DNA of 64,000 bases from Paludibacteraceae bacterium (GCA_017551025.1 JAFZNG010000021.1:12908-76907); one strand, 5' to 3'. Counted from the stretch's first letter, positions 9,830-19,437 are shown. Made by a program: numbers and translations. The notes: generated by a model from the sequence alone, not told the origin.

Positions 9830-11227
9830 ATGCAACGTACAGAAATCAAAGACGCACTTCGCTCCACCGAGTTTGGTCAACCGATCAACGTTCGCGGATG
9901 GGTGCGCAGCCGCCGAGGCAATAAGAACGTATCGTTCATCGCCCTCAACGACGGCTCTACTATCAAGAATATCCAGATCGTGGTAGACCTGGAGAAATTT
10001 TCGGAAGAGCAGCTCAAGCCTGTCACCACAGGTGCTTGTATCTCCGCTACGGGTACACTGGTAGAGAGCCAGGGTGCCGGTCAGTCGGTGGAGATCCAGT
10101 TGACCGAACTGGAAGTATACGGTACCGCCGATCCGGAGAAATATCCGCTCCAGAAGAAAGGACTCTCGATGGAGTTCCTGCGCACCGTTGCTCACCTGCG
10201 TCCGCGCACTAATACCTTCGGTGCTGTCTTCCGTATCCGTCACCACATGGCGATGGCTATCCACAGCTATTTCCATCAGCACGGCTACTACTACTTCCAT
10301 ACGCCGCTTATCACGGCGAGCGACTGCGAAGGTGCCGGCCAGATGTTCCAGGTGACGACCAAGAACCTGTACAATCTCCGAAAAGATGAGAATGGCCAGA
10401 TCGACTACTCGGACGACTTCTTCGGCAAGCAGGCGGCACTAACCGTCAGCGGACAGCTGGAAGGTGAACTCGGTGCCTTGGCGCTGGGTAAGATCTATAC
10501 CTTCGGTCCTACGTTCCGCGCCGAGAACTCGAATACGCCGCGTCACTTGGCCGAGTTCTGGATGATAGAACCCGAAATAGCCTTTATCCAGAAGGACGAA
10601 CTGATGGACCTCGAGGAGGACTTCATCAAGTACTGCGTACGCTGGGCACTCGACAACTGTATGGACGACCTGGAGTTCCTCAACCAGTTTGTGGACAAGG
10701 GGCTCATCGAGCGTCTGCGTTCGGTTATCGATACCGAGTTTGTACGCCTACCCTACACCCAGGGTATCGAGATTCTGCAGGAGGCTATCAAGAACGGCCG
10801 TAAATTTGAATTCCCCTGCCAGTGGGGCGACGATCTGAGTTCGGAGCACGAGCGTTACCTGGTAGAGGAGCACTTCGGCAAACCCGTCATCATGACCGAC
10901 TATCCGAAGGATATCAAGGCCTTCTATATGAAGATCAACGAAGACGGCAAGACCGTTCAGGGTACCGACGTGCTGTTCCCGCAGATCGGTGAGATCATCG
11001 GCGGTTCGGTACGTGAGGAGAACGAGCAGAAACTCAATCAGGAGATTGAGCGTCGCCAGATCCCGATGAAGGATATGTGGTGGTATCTGGATACCCGCCG
11101 TTTCGGTTCGGCACCGCATGCCGGCTTCGGACTGGGCTTCGAAAGACTGATGCTCTTCGTGACGGGTATGCAGAACATACGCGACGTGATTCCTTTCCCG
11201 CGCACGCCGAAGAATGCTGAATTTTAA
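9830..11227 (+). CDS. asnS: Asparagine--tRNA ligase
   Basis: 465 aa with an OB-fold N-terminus ([24 protein letters not shown]), class II motifs and the tail [10 protein letters not shown]. Confidence 0.9.
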   Translation: MQRTEIKDALRSTEFGQPINVRGWVRSRRGNKNVSFIALNDGSTIKNIQIVVDLEKFSEEQLKPVTTGACISATGTLVESQGAGQSVEIQLTELEVYGTADPEKYPLQKKGLSMEFLRTVAHLRPRTNTFGAVFRIRHHMAMAIHSYFHQHGYYYFHTPLITASDCEGAGQMFQVTTKNLYNLRKDENGQIDYSDDFFGKQAALTVSGQLEGELGALALGKIYTFGPTFRAENSNTPRHLAEFWMIEPEIAFIQKDELMDLEEDFIKYCVRWALDNCMDDLEFLNQFVDKGLIERLRSVIDTEFVRLPYTQGIEILQEAIKNGRKFEFPCQWGDDLSSEHERYLVEEHFGKPVIMTDYPKDIKAFYMKINEDGKTVQGTDVLFPQIGEIIGGSVREENEQKLNQEIERRQIPMKDMWWYLDTRRFGSAPHAGFGLGFERLMLFVTGMQNIRDVIPFPRTPKNAEF

Positions 11228-11259
11228 TTATTAACTTTACTATTTAATACCAGTTCTTT

Positions 11260-14200
11260 ATGAAAAAACTACTGACAATGCTGCTGGGCCTCGGACTGAC
11301 ACTATCAGCCCTGGCACAGACATCGTTGCGAGGACAGGTAGTTGATGCCGGTACCGGTGAACCTATCCAGGGTGCTAAGGTGCTGCTCGGCAACCAGAAC
11401 ATCGCAACCACCACCAACGCTGCCGGCGAGTTTCAACTGCTCTACCTCGACGCCATGGACGAAGAGGTGATCATCGAAGCCGAAGGCTACGTAGGTACTA
11501 TCGAACTCGTGCTCCTGGAGGACAACCAAGCCGTCAAGATGGAGGCTGTCAAGCTCCAACAGGACATCGCCAAGCAAACCCAGGATGAGATTCTGCTCAA
11601 CCTGACCGAAGAGGAGATGAACGACGACGAGGGACGTTCTCAGGCACAAGCCAGTGCCAGTTCGGCCACGGTGGACGTATTCAACTCGACCACCTCTTTT
11701 GCCTGGTCTACAGCACGTTACCGCAACCGCGGCTACAACTCCACGGCCGAGACCTACTATATCGAAGGTCTGCCGTTCAACTCGGCGGAGCGTGGCCAGT
11801 TCAACTACTCGGCTATGGGTGGTCTGAACGACGCCAGCCGCTACAAGGAAGTGCTCAACCCGATGGAGGCCACGAGTTTCAGCTTCGGCGGACTGGGTCA
11901 GGCTACCAACTACATGATGGGTGCCAGCCGTTTTGCCCAGGGATGGAAAGTAGGTGCTGCCGGAACCAACCGTAACTACAAGGCACGTATCAACGCTACC
12001 TACGCTTCCGGAACGCTGAGCAACGGATGGTCGTTTATCGGTCAGTTGGCTTACCGCTTCTCGCCGTATGTTGACCAGAAGGGCATCATCGGAGAGGGTA
12101 TCAAGTACTACTCGCTGGGTTACTTCTTCTCGGCTGAGAAACAGTGGCAGAACGGCAACCGCCTGCGCCTGATCACCTTCGGTGCACCTACCGAGCGTGG
12201 CCAGAACGGTGCGGTAACGCAGGAAGTATATGACCTGACCGGTTCGATCTACTACAACCCCTACTGGGGCTATCAGAACGGCAAGGTGCGCAACTCGCGT
12301 ATCGTCAAGGCTTACGACCCGACGGCTATTGCTGCCTTTGACCTGAAGATAGACGAACAGCAGAAGATGAAGTTCGCCGTAGGATACCACTACTCGATGT
12401 ATTCCAATTCGGCGCTCAACTACTTCAACGCACCCGATCCGCGTCCGGACTACTACCGCAACCTGCCGAGTGCGATGTGGGACGGCCAGATCGCCAACCC
12501 GTATAACGAGACTTCGGCTGCTCAGATGTACCGCCCGGACGGTTCGCCTTACGGCTACGGACTGTTTATCGGTCAGGACATGAACGGCACGTACCTGGGT
12601 GCTGCCCAGACGGCTGCCGACGGCAACCTGGTAGGACCGAGCGTAGATATCAACCAGTATAACGCGCTGGTTAATCTCTGGCAGAACCGCGACAACAAGA
12701 CCACCCAGATCGATTGGGAGAGCCTCTATGCCGCCAACTACGCCAACAATGCCAACGACCCGAACGCTTCTGCACGCTACTTCATCGAGCGTCGTCATAA
12801 CGACATCCAGGAGGTTTCGGCCGTAGTTAACTACCAGAATACCAAGTTCGACCACCTGAAGATGACCGCCGGACTGGAGGGTCGCTTCTCTCAGGGTATC
12901 CACTACAAGACCGTAGAGGACCTGCTCGGTGGTAACCAGTGGATCGATATCGACGCTTTTGCCGATCGTGATATCAAGGAGCTGGCTACCAACAGCGGTT
13001 TCACGCAGGAGGATATCAAACTCATTCGCCAGAATGAGACCCGCGACGGCTACGAACTCAATAAGAAAGACGGTGACCGTTTCGGTTATGACTACCGCAT
13101 CAATATGGGTAACCTGAAGGCATGGTTCCAGAACGAGTGGACCTTCCACGAGGTGGACCTATACTACGCCCTGCAACTCAACTTCAACTCGATGCAGCGT
13201 ACGACCAACATGCTGAACGGTCGTGCATGGTATCTGACCAAGATTGCCGATGAGAAGATGGCTGCCGACGCTACCCGTTACTACGGCGCTAACGCCTACG
13301 CACAGATCAAGGCCGCTGAGGCTGCCGGTACGCTCCAGGCAGGAACGACCTACGCAGGTGATGCCCACTACTTCCTCGACCCGGCCTTCAAACTGGGTCT
13401 GACGTACAAGATCAACGGTCGCAACCGACTGAAAGTAAACGCGCTCGCACAGACCAACGCACCGTACGCGCGTGATGCTTATATCTCGCAACGCGTACAC
13501 GATCGCGTGGTAGAGAATATCTACCGTCACGACCAGGCCAAGTCGCTGGCCGACTTCTATGCCGCCAGCGAGAAGGTGGCTGCTGCCGACCTTACGTATG
13601 AGTTCAACTATCCGATCGTTCGCGGTCGTGTAACGGGATTCTTCACCCAGACCTGGAACGGCACGGAGCTGAACGGCTACTACGACGATGAGGCTCGTAC
13701 CTTCGTCAACCAGGCACTGAGCGGTATCGACAAGCGCTATATGGGTGTAGAAGCCGCCGTATCCGTAAAACTCGGTACGTACTTCACCCTGACCGGTGCA
13801 GCCAGCGTAGGCGACTACCGCTATACCAGCGATGCTCAGTCTGTTACCTCGGCCGAGAACGGTATGCCGATGACCCAGGATCAAGGTACTCAGGAGCTCG
13901 TCTTCGAGACCCAGGATCGCGTACTGCTCAAGGGCGTTAAGCTGTCCACCGGTCCGCAGGCGAATGCCAGCCTGAAACTCGGCTTCTTCCACCCGAAGAT
14001 GTGGTTTGCCGACATTACCGTCAGCTACCATGACTGGAACTACCTGTCGGTAGCTCCGAGCCGCCGTATGCAGGGCCTGTACACCGGTACACGTACCGAC
14101 GGTACGGCTGTCAACGGATGGTTTGGCGACAAGAATGCCAACGCTATCGAGACCACCGACGGTCAGCTGCTGCGCGTGAGCATGGATGCCGACGGCAATC

Positions 14201-14574
14201 CGGTATATGAGAATGCCGTACTGGACGAGAACGGTGTACCCGTACTCAAGTACCCGTACAACCTGATGACCATGCAGGAGAACCTGGCAGCTACCAACCC
14301 GCTCAACCGCTTCATCATCGACGCTTCGGTAGGTAAGCTGATCTACCTGAAGAACCGTCAGTCGGTTTCGATCAACCTCTCGGTGACCAACCTGACGAAC
14401 AACACGCACTTCAAGACCGGCGGCTACCAGCAAGCCCGTCTGCCGCGTGCCGTACAACAGGGCGAGAAGGACTACCAAAACTCGCTGATCACAGCCAATG
14501 CCTGGAAGTACCCGTCGAAGTACTACTACGCTTGGGGTGCTAACTTCTTCCTGACTGTAACTTATAAATTCTAA
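11260..14574 (+). CDS. Large outer-membrane beta-barrel, TonB-dependent-receptor-like, with an N-terminal CarboxypepD_reg domain
   Basis: Signal peptide, then LRGQVVDAGTGEPIQGAKVLL...TNAAGEF. 1104 aa with an aromatic C-terminus (TVTYKF). I saw no clear TonB box. Confidence 0.65.
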   Translation: MKKLLTMLLGLGLTLSALAQTSLRGQVVDAGTGEPIQGAKVLLGNQNIATTTNAAGEFQLLYLDAMDEEVIIEAEGYVGTIELVLLEDNQAVKMEAVKLQQDIAKQTQDEILLNLTEEEMNDDEGRSQAQASASSATVDVFNSTTSFAWSTARYRNRGYNSTAETYYIEGLPFNSAERGQFNYSAMGGLNDASRYKEVLNPMEATSFSFGGLGQATNYMMGASRFAQGWKVGAAGTNRNYKARINATYASGTLSNGWSFIGQLAYRFSPYVDQKGIIGEGIKYYSLGYFFSAEKQWQNGNRLRLITFGAPTERGQNGAVTQEVYDLTGSIYYNPYWGYQNGKVRNSRIVKAYDPTAIAAFDLKIDEQQKMKFAVGYHYSMYSNSALNYFNAPDPRPDYYRNLPSAMWDGQIANPYNETSAAQMYRPDGSPYGYGLFIGQDMNGTYLGAAQTAADGNLVGPSVDINQYNALVNLWQNRDNKTTQIDWESLYAANYANNANDPNASARYFIERRHNDIQEVSAVVNYQNTKFDHLKMTAGLEGRFSQGIHYKTVEDLLGGNQWIDIDAFADRDIKELATNSGFTQEDIKLIRQNETRDGYELNKKDGDRFGYDYRINMGNLKAWFQNEWTFHEVDLYYALQLNFNSMQRTTNMLNGRAWYLTKIADEKMAADATRYYGANAYAQIKAAEAAGTLQAGTTYAGDAHYFLDPAFKLGLTYKINGRNRLKVNALAQTNAPYARDAYISQRVHDRVVENIYRHDQAKSLADFYAASEKVAAADLTYEFNYPIVRGRVTGFFTQTWNGTELNGYYDDEARTFVNQALSGIDKRYMGVEAAVSVKLGTYFTLTGAASVGDYRYTSDAQSVTSAENGMPMTQDQGTQELVFETQDRVLLKGVKLSTGPQANASLKLGFFHPKMWFADITVSYHDWNYLSVAPSRRMQGLYTGTRTDGTAVNGWFGDKNANAIETTDGQLLRVSMDADGNPVYENAVLDENGVPVLKYPYNLMTMQENLAATNPLNRFIIDASVGKLIYLKNRQSVSINLSVTNLTNNTHFKTGGYQQARLPRAVQQGEKDYQNSLITANAWKYPSKYYYAWGANFFLTVTYKF

Positions 14575-14579
14575 GCACT

Positions 14580-15800
14580 ATGAAGACGATAAAATATAGT
14601 TTGTACTTTGTACTTAGCGCCTTTGTTCTCTTTGCGTTTACGGCATGCGAACCGAAGGAACTGACCGAGGACGATATTTTCGTTCAGGAGTCGGAACTGG
14701 ACGCCATGCTCCAGGAGGAGAACCCGGAGGGACAATATACGATTTATGAACTCGAGGACTTCCTCGACCGGTTCATGACCGAGAAGGGTAATTATGCGAG
14801 CGACACCTGTCCGTATCGTGATCGTTCGTACGACGCTACCCACGACCTGTATCTCTACTCGGTAGATACGATTCCTACCAACGGCCCCGGTATCTATATC
14901 CGCGGTCGCATCACGACCGACGACTATGCCGGCAACTTCTACAAGTCGATGGTGATCCAGCGCGTGGTAGGCGGCAAGCAGCAGAACCTGCGTATCTCCG
15001 TAGATCTGGGTTCGAGCCACGGCTTGTACCAGATGGGTCAGGAGATCCTGATCCGATGCAACGGACTGGCTGTAGGACGTTATGCCAACCAGCCGCAACT
15101 CTGCGTACCGTCGTACAACAACAATATCTATGCGATGAACGCTTCGCAGAAGGTAGGTTGGTGTCCGGGACGTATCCAGGGGAGCATCTTCCGTCGCGTG
15201 ACCAAGATGATCGGTACGCCGGATCGCAGCAAGATCCAGTATGATACCCTCACGCTGGCAACGCTCTATACGGAGATCAAGCGCATCCCGAATGCCGACG
15301 CTACGGATATGGCAGCCCTGCGCAAGATGGACGGACGTCTGGTAGTACTCAAGGACGTGCATTTCAACGGCAAGTACGACGACAACGGTACGATCACCAA
15401 CTGCGTAGTAGGTCACCCCGACTCGGTAGGCGGCGCCAATGTATTCGCTCCTTCTACCCAGAATATCGGTTATCCGCAGAGCCGCTACCTCCAGGATCAG
15501 GGCACGGGCACGATTATGTGTTCCAACTCCGAGTACGCCAAGTTTGCTTACTACTACCTGCCGGGTGCGGACAAGACGGGTATTGCCAACTGCGTCAACT
15601 TCGAAGGTACCGTAACGGGTATCCTGGGTTGGTACCTGGATAAGGCATCTACGCTGGCAAGCAATAAGCTGACTGGTACGGAGTGGTCGGTTACCCCGCG
15701 TGGTATTCCGGGCTTCGGTATTCCGGATATCCAGATGTACTTCCAGGGCGACACCGATTCGCCTTGGGTACCGAAAGAATATGATCCCAACGACAAGTAA
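14580..15800 (+). CDS. Lipoprotein of unknown function, partner of the upstream barrel
   Basis: Lipobox LFAFTAC. The start is 5 nt after the barrel gene stop. The family was not recognised. Confidence 0.6.
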   Translation: MKTIKYSLYFVLSAFVLFAFTACEPKELTEDDIFVQESELDAMLQEENPEGQYTIYELEDFLDRFMTEKGNYASDTCPYRDRSYDATHDLYLYSVDTIPTNGPGIYIRGRITTDDYAGNFYKSMVIQRVVGGKQQNLRISVDLGSSHGLYQMGQEILIRCNGLAVGRYANQPQLCVPSYNNNIYAMNASQKVGWCPGRIQGSIFRRVTKMIGTPDRSKIQYDTLTLATLYTEIKRIPNADATDMAALRKMDGRLVVLKDVHFNGKYDDNGTITNCVVGHPDSVGGANVFAPSTQNIGYPQSRYLQDQGTGTIMCSNSEYAKFAYYYLPGADKTGIANCVNFEGTVTGILGWYLDKASTLASNKLTGTEWSVTPRGIPGFGIPDIQMYFQGDTDSPWVPKEYDPNDK

Positions 15801-16318
15801 TGAACTGGCTTGATCTCGTCATATTGATTATCCTCGCAGGGGGCCTTGTAGAAGGTGTCCTGCGGGGATTTATCCGCTCCGTAGTAGGCGTCGTATCGGT
15901 GGCGGCAGGTATCTATATGGCCCGTCTGTGCGGCGACGATGCGGCTGCGTGGGTGGCGGATCTGTGGGACCTGGATCCGATGCTGGCAGAGGCTATCGGT
16001 TATGCGCTGCTGTTTACGGTGATCAGTTTTGCCGTTTCGATGCTCTCGCGCCTGATGGGCGAACTGGTCAAGGCGGCTCATCTGAGCGGACTCAACCGTC
16101 TGCTGGGTGCCGGCGTAGGCCTAATGAAGGGGGCTATCGTGGCACTCGTCATCGTCTTTGCACTCGGACGTATCGACCAGGCCAAACCCTTCCTGCCCGC
16201 CGACATACGCGAGCACTCCCTACTCTTCAACCCCACTTACCGCTTGGCTAATGACTGTCTATCTATCACTCGGAGCCAATTTGGGCAACCGCGAACAGAC
16301 GATACAGACGGCGATTGA
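15800..16318 (+). CDS. cvpA: CvpA-family membrane protein
   Basis: MNWLDLVILIILAGGLVEGVLRGFIRSV... with four hydrophobic segments. Confidence 0.7.
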   Translation: MNWLDLVILIILAGGLVEGVLRGFIRSVVGVVSVAAGIYMARLCGDDAAAWVADLWDLDPMLAEAIGYALLFTVISFAVSMLSRLMGELVKAAHLSGLNRLLGAGVGLMKGAIVALVIVFALGRIDQAKPFLPADIREHSLLFNPTYRLANDCLSITRSQFGQPRTDDTDGD

Positions 16319-16691
16319 TAGGCTTGCTACGGCCGGAACGGTCGTACGGCAGTCGTCGTGGTTTTATTCCGAGCCTTGGGGTTTTCAATCCGAACATGCG
16401 TTTTGCAACTGCTGTGTACAGCTTGAGACCGAGTTGTCGCCTTTGGAGTTGCTCGACCTGACGCAGGATATCGAGCGCGAACTGGGCAGAAGAAAAAAAA
16501 CGGAAATCTCAAATCTCAAATCTCAAATCAGAAATTACTCCGACAGGAGTATTGATATCGATCTTATCAGCGCGTATGATGCTAAGGGGCAGGAGATCAT
16601 CATTTCTTCCGACCGGCTTACCCTTCCCCACCCGCTTTGGCGGGAAAGAGATTTTGTCCGCGTCCCGCTGGCGCAGATACAAAAGAAGTGA
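16251..16691 (+). CDS. folK: 2-amino-4-hydroxy-6-hydroxymethyldihydropteridine diphosphokinase (HPPK)
   Basis: MTVYLSLGANLGNREQTI..., WGFQSEHAFCNC and LTLPHPLWRERDFVRVPLAQI. The ATG at 16251 is preferred to the track start at 16158. It overlaps the cvpA end by 68 nt. Confidence 0.85.
   Translation: MTVYLSLGANLGNREQTIQTAIDRLATAGTVVRQSSWFYSEPWGFQSEHAFCNCCVQLETELSPLELLDLTQDIERELGRRKKTEISNLKSQIRNYSDRSIDIDLISAYDAKGQEIIISSDRLTLPHPLWRERDFVRVPLAQIQKK
16504..16538. repeat. Tandem heptamer AAATCTC (3 exact + 2 degenerate copies) inside folK
   Basis: aaatctc aaatctc aaatctc aaatcag aaattac, translated as EISNLKSQIRNY. Confidence 0.95.
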
Positions 16692-16716
16692 CTCAGGTGA
16701 GCCACTTCTTTTTTCT
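16684..16716. terminator. Bidirectional hairpin terminator between folK and the convergent 126-aa gene
   Basis: AGAAGTG-loop-CACTTCT followed by TTTTTTCTTT. Confidence 0.6.
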
Positions 16717-17097
16717 TTAGCCGTTCTGGGCGTCGTACGCGTCTCCACAAACTTTCCAGAGATAGGCGCGGAGGGTTTTCTTACCACCGGCAAGATCCTT
16801 CTGGGCCTCGAAGGCTTCGCGATCAGTTGCGATCGTCGAGAGGTTCTTCATACGGGTGTTGACAGCCGCCTGTACAGCGGTGAAGCGGGTGCGAGCTGCG
16901 AGCTCGTTCTGGGTGGGCTCGGTCGAACGCTCTACCAGATCACGCATGTAAACACGCGTACAATTCGGGTTAGAGGTTGCAGCCTTGCGGTGCGTGCCAA
17001 GCAGCATCTTCTCGTGCTTGTGCTGACCGTCTTTCTTCGGTTTCGACAATGCGCCGGATACATAATCGATACCGGCACTCCATTTTACAATTGCCAT
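16717..17097 (-). CDS. Hypothetical protein (126 aa)
   Basis: Intact ORF MAIVKWSAGIDYVSGALSKPKKDG... that looks protein-like. No family was recognised. Confidence 0.5.
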   Translation of the reverse strand: MAIVKWSAGIDYVSGALSKPKKDGQHKHEKMLLGTHRKAATSNPNCTRVYMRDLVERSTEPTQNELAARTRFTAVQAAVNTRMKNLSTIATDREAFEAQKDLAGGKKTLRAYLWKVCGDAYDAQNG

Positions 17098-17187
17098 AGT
17101 TCACTTCGTTTTTAAAGGGTTCATTACTTGGGGCATAGCCCCGTTACCGACTCTTTCTTTATCCACGAGAGCCGTTTGCGTGGTTGC

Positions 17188-17394
17188 TCACCTGTTGTCC
17201 TTCTTGCCCTTGTACTGTTCTTGGGTTTTGGTCCAGATGCAGGCGACCGAGTCACCTCTTGTCTCGTACGTGGCGGTCGTCGTGTAGGTCCGTACCGCGG
17301 TGCAACTCTCCATGCCGAGTGCTATCGCTACGCAGGTCACTACCGCCGTCGCCATCGTTACGACAATCTTGTAAATCTTCTGCTTTTCCATCAT
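17188..17394 (-). CDS. Small membrane protein or lipoprotein (68 aa)
   Basis: A hydrophobic N-terminal segment ends in ...ALGMESC. It has its own -7 box (TAatTTTG, reverse strand, about 17462-17469). Confidence 0.45.
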   Translation of the reverse strand: MMEKQKIYKIVVTMATAVVTCVAIALGMESCTAVRTYTTTATYETRGDSVACIWTKTQEQYKGKKDNR

Positions 17395-17407
17395 TCGTAA
17401 TTTTGCA

Positions 17408-17431
17408 TTTTTAATTTTTAATTTTTAATTT
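17408..17431. repeat. Tandem heptamer TTTTTAA x3
   Basis: tttttaa tttttaa tttttaa, directly upstream of the 68-aa gene. Confidence 0.9.
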
Positions 17432-17500
17432 CTATGATTTTGAGGCGCCTTTCAAAATCGAGTGCAAAATTACTGCTTTTCCCTCATACGCTTCGTCATT

Positions 17501-17550
17501 AAGCCACTTTAAGCCGCAATAAGCCGCAATAAACAACAATAAGCCGCACT
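17501..17550. repeat. Tandem 10-mer AAGCCGCAAT, 5 copies (2 exact)
   Basis: aagccacttt aagccgcaat aagccgcaat aaacaacaat aagccgcact. Confidence 0.9.
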
Positions 17551-17743
17551 ACGGCGGCTCATCGTCTAAAATAATGCAATATTTCTCACAGAGGTATTCT
17601 ACGGCTCTTGGCGGAACCAGTCTCGAACGCGGCAACATGCCGCATGAGGCGAGTTGTTGTCTGTCTTGTTGTAGCCACTTGCGAAACGTGTCGCGTGAGA
17701 CGCCTGCGGCGCGGGCCAATTCACTTTTGAGCATTGCTTGCAT
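17549..17743 (-). CDS. DUF4248-like small helix-turn-helix protein
   Basis: The 64-aa sequence SELARAAGVSRDTFRKWLQQ...LVPPRAVEYLCEKY resembles the Bacteroidales DUF4248 pattern, recalled from memory. Confidence 0.5.
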   Translation of the reverse strand: MQAMLKSELARAAGVSRDTFRKWLQQDRQQLASCGMLPRSRLVPPRAVEYLCEKYCIILDDEPP

Positions 17744-17927
17744 AATCTTGTTTGTTTACGTTAGTAATTAGTTCTGTGAGCCCTTCGACGGCGGCATCGA
17801 TGGATGTGCCGGGGCGGAGGTAAAGATGGATCTGACCGTTGGCGGAACGGCGAAGGTACATGCCGCGTTGGCGGAAAGCGCGTCGAGCGGCGCAGAAATC
17901 AAAAGAGGGGTTGGTAGTTAGTAGCAT
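17721..17927 (-). CDS. Hypothetical protein (68 aa)
   Basis: ORF overlapping the downstream DUF4248-like gene start by 23 nt. It is protein-like (RGMYLRRSANGQIHLYLRPGTSIDAAVEGL). Confidence 0.35.
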   Translation of the reverse strand: MLLTTNPSFDFCAARRAFRQRGMYLRRSANGQIHLYLRPGTSIDAAVEGLTELITNVNKQDYASNAQK

Positions 17928-17930
17928 TTT

Positions 17931-17966
17931 GACAGGTAATTGATAGGTAATTGACAGGTAATTGAC
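17931..17966. repeat. Tandem 11-mer GACAGGTAATT x3
   Basis: gacaggtaatt gataggtaatt gacaggtaatt, abutting the ATG of the 68-aa ORF. Confidence 0.9.
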
Positions 17967-17999
17967 CCGATGAAACCTCGCGTATGTACGTGCGGAGCT

Positions 18000-18053
18000 C
18001 TAGACACCCTAGATACCCTAGACCGCTGCGCTGCTCTAGACAACCTAGATATC
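18000..18053. repeat. Tandem 9-mer CTAGAYANC, 5 copies plus one degenerate unit
   Basis: ctagacacc ctagatacc ctagaccgc (tgcgctgct) ctagacaac ctagatatc. Confidence 0.85.
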
Positions 18054-18212
18054 TTCGAGGTACTGCTCGAAGGGGTAGTCTTCGGGGGACCAGCCGTTGA
18101 TTGCGCATACCTCTTGGTAGGTGGCGCGTTCGGCTTCCATGGCGTCGAGGTAGGCATCCCAGCGGGCGTCGGAGAGGAGGTCTTGTAAATAATCTTCGTC
18201 ATACGTGTTCAT
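18045..18212 (-). CDS. Hypothetical acidic protein (55 aa), below the ORF-track size cutoff
   Basis: My translation is MNTYDEDYLQDLLSDARWDAYLDAMEAERATYQEVCAINGWSPEDYPFEQYLEDI. Its ATG overlaps the stop of the upstream 109-aa ORF by 14 nt. Confidence 0.4.
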   Translation of the reverse strand: MNTYDEDYLQDLLSDARWDAYLDAMEAERATYQEVCAINGWSPEDYPFEQYLEDI

Positions 18213-18528
18213 AATAGACATTTCCTGTTTCGGGTTTGATCATGCGCCAGCCGTCTTGTTCTACGGTGGTGTCGAAGCGAGCGTAGTAGTCGCGGAAGGA
18301 GAGTCGTTGCGGCGGGCGTTGTTGCCGCTGCCGGGCATTATCTTCGATAGCGAAATAGGGATTCTCGTTGACGAATTCGCCTCGCCTAAGTTTGCCATCG
18401 ATAATCGAATAAATTTCTTCTTGCCTAGCCTCGCCATAGCCTTGCCATAACCGTTCACATGCGCCTCGCCGCCGTTTGAACTCACCTTGCGGGTTTAGCA
18501 GTTGCCAAATGTCTAAGAAAGTTTTCAT
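18199..18528 (-). CDS. Hypothetical protein (109 aa)
   Basis: Intact ORF MKTFLDIWQLLNPQGEFKRRRGACERLWQGYGE... No family was recognised. Confidence 0.5.
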   Translation of the reverse strand: MKTFLDIWQLLNPQGEFKRRRGACERLWQGYGEARQEEIYSIIDGKLRRGEFVNENPYFAIEDNARQRQQRPPQRLSFRDYYARFDTTVEQDGWRMIKPETGNVYYEHV

Positions 18529-18616
18529 AAAATTAAATTCGCCTTGCCAAGCCAGGCCTTTTTCTTTGCATTGTCATGACAATTTATTGGCATGGCAAGG
18601 CAAGGCTTTTTCTTTT

Positions 18617-19054
18617 TTAATTTTTCTTTGCTTCTTTCTTTTTATTAGCTTTCTTTTTGTCCAGATTCTGGACAGATTTACGGGTCACATGGAGGATGTA
18701 GTAGGGTTTCGCTGCATCGGGATACTTCTTGCAGATGATCTTCTCCAGCTTGTAGATATCGCGATTGACGGTCGAGAGTTTTTCCGCCAGATTGGTCTTG
18801 CGCCTCAGCTTAGCCTCCAGTTGCCTCACCAGTCGTTGGTTCGTCACCTCGGTGAGTTCCACGGTATAGCGGGTCGTCACGCTGAATATGCCGCCCTTGT
18901 GTGCAAACTCTGTCCCGTCGTGGAATCTTTCGGGATAATTCTCTCGGATAAAGCACACGGCCTCCTGACGCTGCTCTGCGAGCTTCGTCTTCATAATGTC
19001 CATTGCGAATGTCGTCTTACGCACTTGTTGCAGTGCATCTAATGTTGTTGCCAT
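18617..19054 (-). CDS. Hypothetical protein with a Lys-rich C-terminal tail (145 aa from the ATG at 19054)
   Basis: MATTLDALQQVRK...KKKANKKKEAKKN. The track start at 19084 is a GTG inside an upstream direct repeat. Confidence 0.5.
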   Translation of the reverse strand: MATTLDALQQVRKTTFAMDIMKTKLAEQRQEAVCFIRENYPERFHDGTEFAHKGGIFSVTTRYTVELTEVTNQRLVRQLEAKLRRKTNLAEKLSTVNRDIYKLEKIICKKYPDAAKPYYILHVTRKSVQNLDKKKANKKKEAKKN

Positions 19055-19067
19055 AATTAAATAACGA

Positions 19068-19120
19068 TTTAACGTGCGTAGCACCTGTTTAACAATTTAA
19101 CAGTTTAACGTGCGTAGCAC
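19068..19120. repeat. 17-bp direct repeat TTTAACGTGCGTAGCAC x2 (19068-19084 and 19104-19120)
   Basis: Two exact copies 36 bp apart, just upstream of the 19054 start. The 14-bp palindrome GGCTACCGGTAGCC follows at about 19134-19147. Confidence 0.85.
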
Positions 19121-19218
19121 TGATTAATAATTATGGCTACCGGTAGCCTTGTTAGCTTGAATTCGGGTGCAAAGGTAGCGGTTTTTGCGGAATTGGGCAA
19201 CCCGCAATTGCGGGTCAA

Positions 19219-19437
19219 CTACGTATGTTCCTGATTCATAAACTCTAACGCTCTTTGAACTTTGCTCTTGCTTGTACGCAAATCACCTGCAATTTGCACC
19301 TGAGAAAGTTCTGGAAAAAGTAAATGGTATTCATAGATCTCTTTCCAGGACAGTAGATGCGGTGATACACCATACGGATACCATTCTTTGAGTTCGCCGG
19401 ACTCGATTTTGGCGCAAAGAAATTCATAACGTGTCAT
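19219..19437 (-). CDS. Small putative HTH DNA-binding protein (72 aa)
   Basis: HTH-like segment SQVQIAGDLRTSKSKVQRAL. It has its own promoter (TAtcTTTG on the reverse strand, about 19470-19480). The 16-bp palindrome ACCCGCAATTGCGGGT lies just after the stop. Confidence 0.5.
   Translation of the reverse strand: MTRYEFLCAKIESGELKEWYPYGVSPHLLSWKEIYEYHLLFPELSQVQIAGDLRTSKSKVQRALEFMNQEHT

Noticed and set aside
11305-14478. Reverse-strand ORFs of 614 and 439 aa inside the 1104-aa barrel gene. Similar long antisense ORFs occur at 4079..5140, 9206..10300, 14571..15416, 42118..42897 and 42988..43683.
   Set aside because: They are shadow ORFs opposite strongly supported genes and have no start context or motifs.
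17931-18053. The 11-mer and 9-mer arrays as replication iterons of a plasmid or phage origin.
   Set aside because: Arrays of the same character occur throughout the window, including inside housekeeping genes, and no replication initiator gene is adjacent. They are better explained by the genome-wide repeat phenomenon.
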